The notes below the pieces were generated by a model. It saw only the letters and a program-made list of their open reading frames with translations. It was not told where the DNA came from and made no database searches. Positions 16,701 through 26,100 of a stretch of DNA of 46,600 bases are shown one piece after another. Source of the stretch: a virus (taxonomy: Duplodnaviria > Caudoviricetes). The position numbers were made by a program, and so were the translations under genes. Location: positions 1-46,600 of the IMG/VR virus record IMGVR_UViG_3300043039_000093; one strand, 5' to 3'. The stretch's first letter is position 1. Each line of letters starts with the position of its first letter.

Positions 16701-17261
16701 ATTGAGACGGATATATCAGGTCGTGTGACGCTATCAACGCCTATCACGCATGATTACAGCACATCAGCGGTATTTAGCTCAATGCTACTCGCTGGCGATA
16801 TGCAAGCTCGTGCTTACAATGTCATTAGTCAAAAGTCATGGACGAGCGTGTTTAGTGATACGTTAATTGGTGATAAAGCGACATCACAGTTGCAAGTGAC
16901 TAACAATCCGATTGTCGTGACAAACCGTGATGCAATCGAGGAGCGATGGGCGCTAGTATTTACCAGTCAAACGGCATTCAATATTATCGGTCAGACAGTT
17001 GGTCAAATTGGATCAGGATCAACAACTACGCTAACAGCACCTATTAACCCGATGACTGGGTATCCTTATTTTACAATACCTATTGCAGCGTGGGGGCTTG
17101 GTTGGTCAGCTAATAACGTGGTACGCATTAATACCGCAGCCGCTAAGTATCCTGTATGGATTGGTAACGCGATACAGCAGCATCAAGGCAGTAGCAGTGA
17201 TAACTATGATTTTACGATTGGTTATCATGCAAACATTGATAGAGACAGGGTGGTGTCATGA
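13716..17261 (+). CDS. large tail-tip / baseplate-associated structural protein (about 1181 aa)
   Basis: N-terminal SE.MADTPDGGG...NNLFPDVS.IDR..GRV.LRK; repeated G.IDY.TG.V beta modules; C-terminal LDPVRLP.DGRVP. Confidence 0.8.
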   Translation: MAITQNDLEILKSEIMADTPDGGGLPTGIAVIDGVSNNLFPDVSDIDRLLGRVRLRKVSLAVKTANAELLQATRMLFTELPDNPNISVFAFKATSFADQRSDAQNKIESYLTFGSRWSGHVLETQLEGQRVIQISLNSTDDVPKVGKALVLVQNEGQSDEFYQYLRPTNVDTAMRSFTRNTNGSVTSVSRTVATIEFGEALRYTFNGLTVSEFYNNSSTARRAVLREAQVSDAAKYYSASRLSEPVTAMSTRQVRLNSVYVQVVPSSTTETPLPLIDPVGQSSTLVRASDGTISINKSVSVSSTTPWQIGSTIYPSSMSLTISGITMTDVDGELKDSSGNIYASVDYSSGLVTWYNTANFGIQTVVGSFAPASSLMRVMQSEIIYTPESSVGTSYLRQLQAKPSPSSMRVSFQVGGNVTTIRDDGRGNLINDDGTAYGILDYENSLVQLVLPAIPDSESAIIFTYSTDLGTVSVGGQTIKGGFEFAAGAYLPPNFTITWGSKTATVTGSVISGDATGTFDGSVIRITPNTLPAPNTVFTITYDKPVNDSQVKKGDITVPFSSKNTFKFNIGKVDAGKFNARFQVKQGNWVTDSFEYVKLPEWGFTIKDDGAGNIVKIANNGASPNTWTKTSKDLVFDISGTINYATGDVTIFFGATAELIDVVAKIRKDPAFKYFKYIDAKVVSYSNKYTPVTADATEIDVIYSATEDLSGITTETLTRNATELKLTIPDSNGAPVLSGSVSLLSAKDINGSMTVDGVTVGSIEYTTGNVTLTSWAQVANNINVDSAVREFAVPALSSIAFRTASAPIKINTFSIHLKAGGTTYQLQADEDGVFDQAVAYDGFLGNDILTNGITGFIDYQTGVVALYGNNIDPESVTYTGMAYSYLPLDKDLIGLDPVRLPTDGRVPFVRKGDSIAITELKTMALPTNAPNDTFDLGFERLSDVGVVDANGLKVSFDYLDVDLDAGTLTLNSMFDMSFYTAPLTAKYRIMDIALVIETDISGRVTLSTPITHDYSTSAVFSSMLLAGDMQARAYNVISQKSWTSVFSDTLIGDKATSQLQVTNNPIVVTNRDAIEERWALVFTSQTAFNIIGQTVGQIGSGSTTTLTAPINPMTGYPYFTIPIAAWGLGWSANNVVRINTAAAKYPVWIGNAIQQHQGSSSDNYDFTIGYHANIDRDRVVS

Positions 17262-17602
17262 TATTAAGTATTGATGCAAAAAACGCAGCGCTACAAGGGA
17301 TTGCCGATAAGCTCAATGTTGGCACAAACTCGGTGCTATCAATCTATGTGGGCGCAACGCTTGCCGCTGAGATTGCCTTACTTAATCCTGTGCAAGAATC
17401 TATTGCTGATGCTGTCATGACGTTTAAAGTGCCCCCAAAAGTTTTAGCAATAGCATCAGGCGTGCCAACGGTGGCAAATATTTTAGATGCTAGCGGCACA
17501 TTGATCGCTACGCTTGATGTGGCAACCGAACTTACGCTTGATAAGGCGCAAGTATATCAAGGTGGCTATGTGACGCTGACAGCACTAACTATGGGCGTGT
17601 GA
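17258..17602 (+). CDS. minor tail protein
   Basis: 114 aa, ATGA-coupled; beta-rich. Confidence 0.65.
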   Translation: MILSIDAKNAALQGIADKLNVGTNSVLSIYVGATLAAEIALLNPVQESIADAVMTFKVPPKVLAIASGVPTVANILDASGTLIATLDVATELTLDKAQVYQGGYVTLTALTMGV

Positions 17603-17603
17603 T

Positions 17604-17828
17604 ATGGCAACTATAAACGGTAAAGCAAAACGCTATGACGGTACAGCGATTGATTATGTGTTGTTATTCCAATGGAAAACAGGCAAGTGCCTTGGTAAAT
17701 CAATACCAGACACAGCAGGGAATTGGTCGTTTGACTACGATACCAACTTGATAGTCGGTATTACTTATGTCGCTGATGGGTGTGAGCCTATAACACATGG
17801 CGCTTACGAATTTGTACTAAATAAATAA
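17604..17828 (+). CDS. small tail-fibre-associated protein
   Basis: ING...DG.AIDYV.LF.W.TG......PD..GNWSF; prealbumin/carboxypeptidase-regulatory-like pattern. Confidence 0.6.
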   Translation: MATINGKAKRYDGTAIDYVLLFQWKTGKCLGKSIPDTAGNWSFDYDTNLIVGITYVADGCEPITHGAYEFVLNK

Positions 17829-17836
17829 GGATAATC

Positions 17837-18745
17837 ATGAGCTTTTTAAATCCAGTTAATGAGCCAGTACTACGATTTAGTAGCACAGATGCGGGTGCGC
17901 CACAGATCAACTATAACGCTCGCGCGGCAGGCGATGTTAAAGCTGTGCTTAAAGCGTGTTTGGTAACGGGATACGGCACCAAGGCTAGTGCAGGTTGGAC
18001 AGCAACAAGCGATGCAGCTAATGTGGTTGAGTTTATAAGTCCAAACATGGATATGGCTGACTACAAGATAGGTATTGACGATGGGGCGACTACCTCAACT
18101 TGGTACTATTATTATCAAGGCGATAGAGTTAATCCGCAAAATAATACTGCGTCAAAAACAATGGCAAATATAAACAAGTCAAGTTCCCAAAATGGGTGGC
18201 AATTAATTGTATCTGCGCGAGGAATGTACTTGATTGAGATAATTACTCTCACGTCAGTCAGTAAAACGGCGGCGAGACTAACATTTTTTGGCAATATAAA
18301 ATCAGGGATGATTGATAATTCAGGTATAAATATCGGGTTTTGGTCTGTCGGTGTTGGCGCACCCATAGGTACTTTTATAAATATGTTTGACCTCGTTAAT
18401 AGTTACAATATATGTCATTACAAACTTAATACGCGTACCGCATTAGAATTTGGCGCATCAAATATCAACTACCACGCGACATCTTTATCGACAAATGGTA
18501 GCTTATTTTCCAACGAAATGCTTAGTGAGCTTTTTTTAACGTGGAACTATCAGTTTGCAGCGCAGCAACCCGGAATGCTCTTAAAAACACCAGCCAGCAC
18601 TGATGCTATTTATGGTATTTATGACAGCGTGGTAAACAGTAGGCCTGCATTGAGTGTGTGCGTTGGTTATGCACACTCTACCGCACTACAGACCTCTTAC
18701 CAATCTAAACCTGTTGTTATTTATCTTGATTACTGGGGCTATTGA
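17837..18745 (+). CDS. tail fibre / putative receptor-binding protein
   Basis: N-terminal FSSTDAGAPQ...VLKACLVTGYG.KASAGW; AT-rich, Asn/Ser-rich C-terminal two thirds. Confidence 0.7.
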   Translation: MSFLNPVNEPVLRFSSTDAGAPQINYNARAAGDVKAVLKACLVTGYGTKASAGWTATSDAANVVEFISPNMDMADYKIGIDDGATTSTWYYYYQGDRVNPQNNTASKTMANINKSSSQNGWQLIVSARGMYLIEIITLTSVSKTAARLTFFGNIKSGMIDNSGINIGFWSVGVGAPIGTFINMFDLVNSYNICHYKLNTRTALEFGASNINYHATSLSTNGSLFSNEMLSELFLTWNYQFAAQQPGMLLKTPASTDAIYGIYDSVVNSRPALSVCVGYAHSTALQTSYQSKPVVIYLDYWGY

Positions 18746-18746
18746 T

Positions 18747-19076
18747 ATGGTTATCGCAGGAAACTACACCCCTATTACTTTGTTGTATAGTGGTTATATT
18801 GCTGGTTCGGGTGACGGTATTGTCACAGTTAAAGGTGAGCCTGCATCGCGTAAAATATGGCTGCTCAACGCTCAAACGATGGCGGTTGAGCAAGTTATCA
18901 CATCTTTAAAAAATGGTCATTATATTTTTCTAGGTCTTAATCCCGATAAGAAATACCTAGTAATGGTACGTGACTACAAAAAAGAGTATGAGCCGTTTGT
19001 GTGGGATGACGTAACGGCTGCTAACGACTTAACGATTGATGAGCAAGTAGCACTACAAGAAACTTGGAAAACTTAA
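18747..19076 (+). CDS. tail-fibre-associated protein (carboxypeptidase-regulatory-like fold)
   Basis: GIVTVKGEPASRKIWL...S..NGHY.F.GL....YLV..RD; ATG at 18747 just after the upstream stop. Confidence 0.65.
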   Translation: MVIAGNYTPITLLYSGYIAGSGDGIVTVKGEPASRKIWLLNAQTMAVEQVITSLKNGHYIFLGLNPDKKYLVMVRDYKKEYEPFVWDDVTAANDLTIDEQVALQETWKT

Positions 19077-19093
19077 AATAAAATGAGGTAATT

Positions 19094-21622
19094 ATGGCTA
19101 ACGCATTGCGCCTCATACTTGAGCGTTATATCGCAGTACAACCTAAAGCGAATAAGCTATCGTTACCACTTGACCGTAATTCAGGTGACATAACGCGCTA
19201 TAAGTATGTTTTAGCCAATGCTTTACCGTTACGCATGGAGCGATTAAGCAGCGAGCAGCCTGAATCTAATGTGCTACCGCTTAGTATGACCCAACCGCTA
19301 GGCACGATAGCACCGCCTTTATATTTTATATCCAACAGCTTGCCGTTACCGTTAACAGTAGCGACAAGTGAGCAACCAGCATCAAACGTTTTACCGCTTA
19401 ACATGAGCCGCAGACTTGGCACTGCGGTTGGTGTGCCAGTTACACCGCCTGATGTTGCCGATGTAAATGTAACGGTCAATGCAGTTGCAAGCATAATGCC
19501 AACAGCCAACGCCAGTGTGTCAGCAACAGAAGATGATGCGGTAGCGGTATCAGTCACAGCAATAGCAGATATAACGCCTATTGCGAGTGCTACGCTGTCT
19601 GCCGAATCGCTTGATGTTGCCGTTACGATTACCGCTGTAGCTACACTAAACCCCACAGCAAGTGCATCAGCAAGTTATGATAGCAACAATCCTAGACTCG
19701 CAATGTTTGGCATATCTAGCGACATGCAAAACGCTAAATTACAAGGTGTCGATAGGCGCTCAAGCTTTGAGGCTAACGATAGTTTAAAGCATGACGTTAG
19801 TGCTGATTGGCAGCAATCAAAACCGATAAGCATTGATAATCAAGCGCAATTTGAGGCTAACGACAAGCTTAATATTGAGATAAGGCCGCTATTTGAGCAC
19901 TCAAAACGGGTCGGCACCGATAGCAAGCAGTTGTATGAGTCTCAACGATTTATCGCTGATAAGTCTACGCTAAAAACCGAGACAGCCAAACGCGTCAGCC
20001 ATAGCCGTTGGTACGGCTTTGAAGCGATGCTCAAGCGTCAAATCGAGCGCGTACTGGGCACTGAATACGCCGAGCTGGTGACAGGTAGGTTTGATACTTC
20101 TAGCGACTACAATCGACTGACTGCACTTAGATACGACGCGCTTATTGAAACAGCAAGATTGCCTTATACGAAGTTGCGCTATGTACCGCCGCCATTATCG
20201 CAGACAGTCATCTTGAAAGAACAGATTATTGATGGATGGAAATGTGGCAGCGGTGCATTACGTCACTATGTTTATAATGACGAATTAGCGTTACCGATGA
20301 CAAGGCGTATTGCGGATAGAGGCGAATCTAGCAACTTAGCAATGCCTTTGACCATGCCTCGTGGCGTCCTGATACTGTCGGCTGATGATGCTAATGCACT
20401 GCCTAACTACCCTTGCAAGCGCAAAACGTTAGCAGTCAATCCTACACTTGATATTGTTACTTGCAAACCTAGGGTGTTTGGCAAAGCGTCAGGCATGACA
20501 GTAAGTGCAAACACGGAGTTTGATGCGGTTGCATGGCTTGAATTGCTCATTGGTGAAAAAAGTGAGGCGTACAACAAAGGAGTTATATTTGTGACTAACA
20601 GTGTCTCATTAACGCGCTCAGATGATGCTCGTGAAATAAAAATGCTAGGCTTTAGCGTTGGCATTGATAGCAATAGTTATACATGGTCATTTAGTGCCAC
20701 TGTGCCACTATCTGAGCTGTCAAAAGTCAATACGGCATATGAGCAGCAGATAGGCGTGGAGTTCGTCTGTAACGGCAATCTGTGGCGATTTATACTTGAT
20801 AGCTGTGACGACAGCGTGTCATTTGGTGAGAGTAGCTTAACGATCAAAGGCAAGTCACGAGCGATGCTATTAGCAAATCCGTATTCTAGTCAGCGCGGCT
20901 TTAAGTACGACACGCCTATGAGCGCAAGACAGATAGCTGAAGATGAATTAAATCGCTTTGGTGTACCTAGTGGCTTTACACTTGATTGGCAGCTTGCAGG
21001 GGTAAACGGTTGGAATGTACCAGCTAATACTTACAGCTACACAGGCAAAACGCCTATCAATAGCTTGCAATGGATAGCCGAGGCAGCCGGTGGCTTTATC
21101 AATGCTCACATGAGCGAGGATATCATTCACGTATTGCCTCATTATCCAATACCATCGTGGGGGTGGTCATCGCAAACGCCTAGCGTTAACTTACCAATTT
21201 CACTAATTACCAGTCGCAGCCGTGGCCGTGTCAATAAGCCTAGCTACAATGGGGTGACGATATATGGCGAGAATGATAACGGTATAGGCGCATTAATTAA
21301 GCGCACAGGTACTAGCGGAGGTTATCAACCACCTATGGTAACGAGTGATTTAATAACCGACCAAGACGCTGCTATCAGCCGCGGTAAGATGATATTGAGT
21401 GACACTGGCGATATTGGTAACATCGGTATCTCAATGCCGTTACATAACGATGTAGGCGTGTTAAAACCCTCTACGCTTATCGGTGTTAATGATGGTGAGC
21501 AATGGGTTGGCATGGTCAGAGGTACGACTATCACAGGTCGCTTATCTAGCAATCGAGCACTAGAAATTGACCAGTCTATTGATGTGGAGCGTCATTTCGA
21601 TAAGGAGGTGATCAGTGGCTAG
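19094..21622 (+). CDS. tail protein with repetitive N-terminus and C-terminal baseplate-hub-like domain
   Basis: NxLPL and Ala/Val/Thr repeats; C-terminal D..SYTWSFS, W.VPA...S....TP...L..IAEAAGG, PSYNGV, R.GT.G. Confidence 0.75.
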   Translation: MANALRLILERYIAVQPKANKLSLPLDRNSGDITRYKYVLANALPLRMERLSSEQPESNVLPLSMTQPLGTIAPPLYFISNSLPLPLTVATSEQPASNVLPLNMSRRLGTAVGVPVTPPDVADVNVTVNAVASIMPTANASVSATEDDAVAVSVTAIADITPIASATLSAESLDVAVTITAVATLNPTASASASYDSNNPRLAMFGISSDMQNAKLQGVDRRSSFEANDSLKHDVSADWQQSKPISIDNQAQFEANDKLNIEIRPLFEHSKRVGTDSKQLYESQRFIADKSTLKTETAKRVSHSRWYGFEAMLKRQIERVLGTEYAELVTGRFDTSSDYNRLTALRYDALIETARLPYTKLRYVPPPLSQTVILKEQIIDGWKCGSGALRHYVYNDELALPMTRRIADRGESSNLAMPLTMPRGVLILSADDANALPNYPCKRKTLAVNPTLDIVTCKPRVFGKASGMTVSANTEFDAVAWLELLIGEKSEAYNKGVIFVTNSVSLTRSDDAREIKMLGFSVGIDSNSYTWSFSATVPLSELSKVNTAYEQQIGVEFVCNGNLWRFILDSCDDSVSFGESSLTIKGKSRAMLLANPYSSQRGFKYDTPMSARQIAEDELNRFGVPSGFTLDWQLAGVNGWNVPANTYSYTGKTPINSLQWIAEAAGGFINAHMSEDIIHVLPHYPIPSWGWSSQTPSVNLPISLITSRSRGRVNKPSYNGVTIYGENDNGIGALIKRTGTSGGYQPPMVTSDLITDQDAAISRGKMILSDTGDIGNIGISMPLHNDVGVLKPSTLIGVNDGEQWVGMVRGTTITGRLSSNRALEIDQSIDVERHFDKEVISG

Positions 21623-21848
21623 CGGTAACCTATGGCAGTTATTTAAAAACGTGACAGAGCAAGGTGCTAAGCAACTAGCGACTGTCATTGATAGGCAAGG
21701 CTCAAACTATACCGTCACCATGCAGGGCGGCGGTAATACCATCGTACAATCAAGTGCAGCTTATGAGCTGCAATCTAAAGTATTCATACGTGATGGGCAG
21801 ATAGTCAGTGAAGCGCCTGATTTGCCCTTTGTTGAAATAGAGGTTTAG
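21615..21848 (+). CDS. small tail-tip protein
   Basis: NLWQLF...VFIRDGQIV.EAP.LP...IEV; RBS AAGGAGG. Confidence 0.65.
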   Translation: MASGNLWQLFKNVTEQGAKQLATVIDRQGSNYTVTMQGGGNTIVQSSAAYELQSKVFIRDGQIVSEAPDLPFVEIEV

Positions 21849-21849
21849 C

Positions 21850-22272
21850 ATGACAGACAAAATAGATAAAGTGATCCGCGTCGCTGATACCGATATTACT
21901 ATCAAGCGCGTGAAAGTTAAAAACCTAAACGAAGTGACACGGGCGTTTACACCTTTTGTCGCTGAGTTTGAGCGTATCGTGAAGGCTAAAAAGGGTATGC
22001 CAGAGAGTGAGCTACTGGCACTTATTGGTAGCTACACAGACGAAACGGTCATATTGGCCTCAGTGCTGACAGACCAAACCCCAGCCTTTTACCGAGAGCT
22101 TGAGCCGTTAGAGATGCTGCAAGTGATGCAGGAGGTCGTCGCCCATAGTGGCGATTTTTTTATGCGTCAGATTTTCATGCCCCTAAAAAGTCTGGGGGCA
22201 CAACTAGCTTTACTTGGTTCGACAGCTTACTACCATTCTACAAAATCGGACTCAGAGAGTGCGATGTCTTAG
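21850..22272 (+). CDS. tail assembly chaperone (lambda G-like)
   Basis: 140 aa upstream of the tape measure; contains slippery heptamer T TTT TTT at 22155-22161. Confidence 0.75.
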   Translation: MTDKIDKVIRVADTDITIKRVKVKNLNEVTRAFTPFVAEFERIVKAKKGMPESELLALIGSYTDETVILASVLTDQTPAFYRELEPLEMLQVMQEVVAHSGDFFMRQIFMPLKSLGAQLALLGSTAYYHSTKSDSESAMS

Positions 22273-22409
22273 ATATGGCGTTTGGCGAATGGTGGGAGCT
22301 ATCCAAAGCGCTAGCTAAAGACAAGCAGCAAAGCATCAAAGATATGGCTGTTGCTATGCGAGTATCACAAGCAGATGCTAAAGGTTGGAAAGAGTTTATG
22401 AAAAGCTAG
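22161..22409 (+). CDS. -1 frameshift extension of the tail chaperone (lambda T-like; fused product about 186 aa)
   Basis: -1 frame is open from the slip site for 82 codons: YASDFHAPKKSGGTTSFTWFDSLLPFYKIG...KGWKEFMKS, TAG at 22407-22409. Confidence 0.75.
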   Translation, partial: YASDFHAPKKSGGTTSFTWFDSLLPFYKIGLRECDVLDMAFGEWWELSKALAKDKQQSIKDMAVAMRVSQADAKGWKEFMKS

Positions 22410-22462
22410 CGTAACAATGCTTAATCAACTAAAATTGAGTAAATATAATTTTGGTGATGATT

Positions 22463-23065
22463 ATGAAAAAGCTATTAGCGGTAGGTTTGGCTTTGATGCT
22501 CGGTGGTTGCGGTGGGGGTTATGATAGCCTGCCGCCGCTAGTAAGTGATGGCAATGGTGGGACTATTGGGGCAGGCGGCACTATAGGGTCTGGTGGCTCT
22601 AAAGAAGATGGGGAATGGCGTTATTCATCAGTTAATAATAGCGCGGGTGAAGTGTTCAATGCGAAAGCGGAAAATAATGCGATAAACACATATCCTGATC
22701 CTGAAGTAGATGGATTAAACGCAAGACCTTTTGTTATTGCTGAAAGGCAACGCTTATTACCTGGCACTGTGTCGGAATCGATAAAGATATTTACAGGGTC
22801 GGCAGTGGCTTGTGTTCCAACGTGCCAGATACCTATAAAATTTAATAGCAACAGGCAAAGTTATTTGATGCAGTACAGCACTCTTGATGAGGTTTTGGTG
22901 CCCGTTAGCGCAGAAGTAGGTAAAGATTTATTTGATAAATTTACAAAATCCAATTCAGCAGTAATAACACTGCCTATCATTGGCCTTAGTGATAATGTTG
23001 ATTCTGAATTTAACCTCAGAGGTTACGAGGCAAGTAGAATGAAGCTGAGTATAGATAGCTTATAA
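22463..23065 (+). CDS. lipoprotein moron (possible superinfection exclusion / lysogenic conversion)
   Basis: MKKLLAVGLALMLGG-C lipobox, Gly-rich linker; own promoter TTAATC-17-TATAAT (22421-22449); terminators downstream. Confidence 0.75.
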   Translation: MKKLLAVGLALMLGGCGGGYDSLPPLVSDGNGGTIGAGGTIGSGGSKEDGEWRYSSVNNSAGEVFNAKAENNAINTYPDPEVDGLNARPFVIAERQRLLPGTVSESIKIFTGSAVACVPTCQIPIKFNSNRQSYLMQYSTLDEVLVPVSAEVGKDLFDKFTKSNSAVITLPIIGLSDNVDSEFNLRGYEASRMKLSIDSL

Positions 23066-23074
23066 TTTTTAGTT

Positions 23075-23143
23075 AAAAAACCGCCGATTAAGTAGCGGGT
23101 TTTCTTTTCAAATGCAGCTCACTTTAATCGGTGGGCTTTTTTT
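23075..23143 (+). terminator. two tandem terminator hairpins after the lipoprotein gene
   Basis: AAACCGC...GCGGGTTTT and AGCTCAC...GTGGGCT plus T-run. Confidence 0.65.
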
Positions 23144-23168
23144 ATGCCCATAATTTGAGGTGCGCCAC

Positions 23169-26100
23169 ATGGCAAGTGATTTAGATTTTAACGTGCAGTT
23201 GCGTGTGCTCAACGAGCAATTCAATAGAGGTATTGATAGCGCACGCGATAAGTTTACGCAGTACGCTCAATCAGTACAGCGTAACGTTCAGCAAATGAAT
23301 ACTGATACTGAGCGAGCATCTACAATGCTTGCAGGGCTTGCTAATGTTGATGCCAGTCGTTTAACGTCTGAGATACGCGCAACGGCTGACCAGTTAAGAC
23401 AAATGGGCGCAGGTGCTAACTTATCAGGCGATCAGATTGAAGCAGCTATGGAAGCATCAGCACTACAAGTGACTCGACTAGGTAGACAGTTAGAAGTGGC
23501 AAGGTCTGAAGCGTTACGACTGAGCCAAACCAATGCAAGTCCAGCAGATTTAGAGCAAGCAGCGGCTAACGTCAATCGATTAGAGCAAGAGTTAAACGGA
23601 GCGCGAAGTGCCAGTGTCAGCTTAGCAAACGAGCTGTCAGGTGCGATGAACAGGGCAAGTACAACCGCTGATAATGCGCGTAATGCTCTCTATCGTATGG
23701 CTAATATACGAGTACCTGAAACCATAAGAGGTGAGATTGATAGTATCAGTCGAGCTTTAGTGGATTTTCAGAACAATAGCGGTCGCCCTGCCGCTGAGAT
23801 TGAACGAGCAACACGCGCAGCCGAGGAACAGATCAGACGGCTTGAGAATGAGCTTAACGGTGTTGATGACACGATAAGACGGACAGATACCAGCACAGGA
23901 GGCCTAAGTGGTGGTGTTGATAAGCTAAAAGGCGCGTTTGGTGGCCTTCAAGGTTTATTGGCAGCGGCAGGTCTTGGTATTGGTGTTGCTGAGATTATCG
24001 AAACAGCGGATGCATTTAAAACGCTTGAGGCTCGCATCAAGCTAGCAACTGGTGCAGGTGCTGCATTTACTACTGGTTTTGAGGGTGTAAAGCAGATTGC
24101 CAACGAGACGTTCAGTAGTATCGAAAGCACAGGTGAGTTGTTTGCCAAAATATCAGCGTCAGCCGAGACATTAGGGCTTGCTCAAAAAGATGTGCTAGGC
24201 GTCACGAAAACTATTAATGAAGCCATCAAGGTATCTGGCGGTAGTGCTGCTAGTGCTGATGCAGCAATTACCCAGCTCAACCAAGCCCTCGCTTCAGGCA
24301 TATTACGCGGAGAAGAATACAACTCAATATCAGAGCAAGCGCCCAGACTCCTAAAGGCAATGGCTGATGGTATGAATGTCACAAGGGGTGAGTTGAGAGG
24401 AATGGCTGCTGACGGCAAGCTGTCATCCGAGGTTGTTATTGCCGCTCTACAAAGCCAAAGTCAGGTTATCAGTGATGAGTTTGGCTCACTGCCAACCACA
24501 GTGGGCAACTCGCTACAAGTGGTAAAAAATCAGTTATTTAACTTTGTTGGTGAGATTGACGGCACATTAAACCAAACGTCAAAGCTTGCTGAAGCAATTA
24601 GTTATATTGGCAATAGTCTTGAGGATTTAGATCCGAGCCTTGTGTCTGCCTTGACAGGTGTGTTTCAAAACACAGTTGAAACTGTTGTTACGTTAGCCAA
24701 AGGGGTTAACGGTGTTTATGACATCTTTGTTGATCTAATTAATACAATGACAGGCGGTTCTGCTGATGCTGCTGAACAAGTCGGACTAATAACCGCTGCG
24801 CTTCACGGCCTTAATGTATTCATCAGCTTTATTAAAGATGGGTTTAGCGCAATTGGGGTTGCGGCTGGGTTTGTTGTTGCAAGCTTGTATGGCGCTATGT
24901 CCGATTTAGCTAATATCGCAGCAAGCATAACTTTTGGCGATATTTCTGATGGCTTTAAGCAAACCGCTGACGAGCTGCAAGCAAAGTCCAAAGAAACTTG
25001 GGATAGTGCCGAACAGGATGTTTTAGATTGGGAGTCGTCAGGCGCACAAGCTATCATTAATGCAGGCAAAACAGCAAAGGAAATCTATACGGAAATAGCA
25101 GCGGACTCTGAAGCAACCTACAGAAAAATGTCTGAGGATGCTGAAGCAACCGCTGAGCAACAAGAAGCAGCCCTTGTTAAGTATGCACTGGATAACATTA
25201 AGGCTAATGACAATGTTGTCTCAGATAAGCTGCGTGTTGAGCTGGCCGAAAAGCAACTACAAGCTGTCATTGGTGATACTGGCAAAGCGTCTATTGAATC
25301 TGCTAAAGAAACAACAGCGGCATATTTAGGCGTAGGTCAAAGCTTTGCAGAAGTCGCTTTAGCAGGTAAAGAGGCGGGCGTAAGTATTAGGCAGTCACTT
25401 TATAAAGCGATTGAGGGTGCAAATACCAAAGAGGCTGTGGAAGATATCATCATATCTCTACGCTTAATGGGTAATCAGGGCAAGATTAGCGGTGAGGATT
25501 CTGCGCTAGGGTTTGAGCTTGCCAACTCTAAACTGCATCTAATTCAAGAGCAAACTGATGCCAATATGGTGGCGTTCACCGATTATGCAGCCGAGGTCAT
25601 ACAGAAAAGCGGCGGTATCACTGAAGCAAATAAAAACGTCATCAGAGCGCAGTTAGAGCAAAGAGCTGCTGCGATGGGCTTAGCTGTGCAAATGTCTGAG
25701 ACAGGCGATATAACTGTCACTGAACTAGACAAGGCCACTCTTGCAAGTACGCGCACCAAAGAGCAAATTGACGAGTTAGCTGGTGCGGTTGGTGTTGGAC
25801 TATCCAAGGAGTTTATCAAATCTAGTGCTGGACTTGACGAGTTAATCAGTGGTTTTGATGACTTGACCGATGCAGGGTATGACGCAGGCGGTGCACTCGT
25901 TGACTCATTGACTGCAATGTCCGATAAGGCCAGTAATACGGTTGAAATCGAAGCTCTGATCGTTAAATGGAACGAGCTATACAAAGAAGGCAAGATAACT
26001 GGTCAAGAGCTAGCTGATGGCTTAGAAGGGGTCAAAAACCGAGCTGACATACTCAAAGACGGCATTAACGGCGTCACTGAGGCTTACGGCTTATTAGGCT

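Noticed and set aside
13716-21622. Diversity-generating retroelement or invertible tail-fibre switch
   Set aside because: No reverse transcriptase or invertase ORF, and I saw no template/variable repeat pair or inverted fibre cassette by eye; a self dot-plot would be the definitive check
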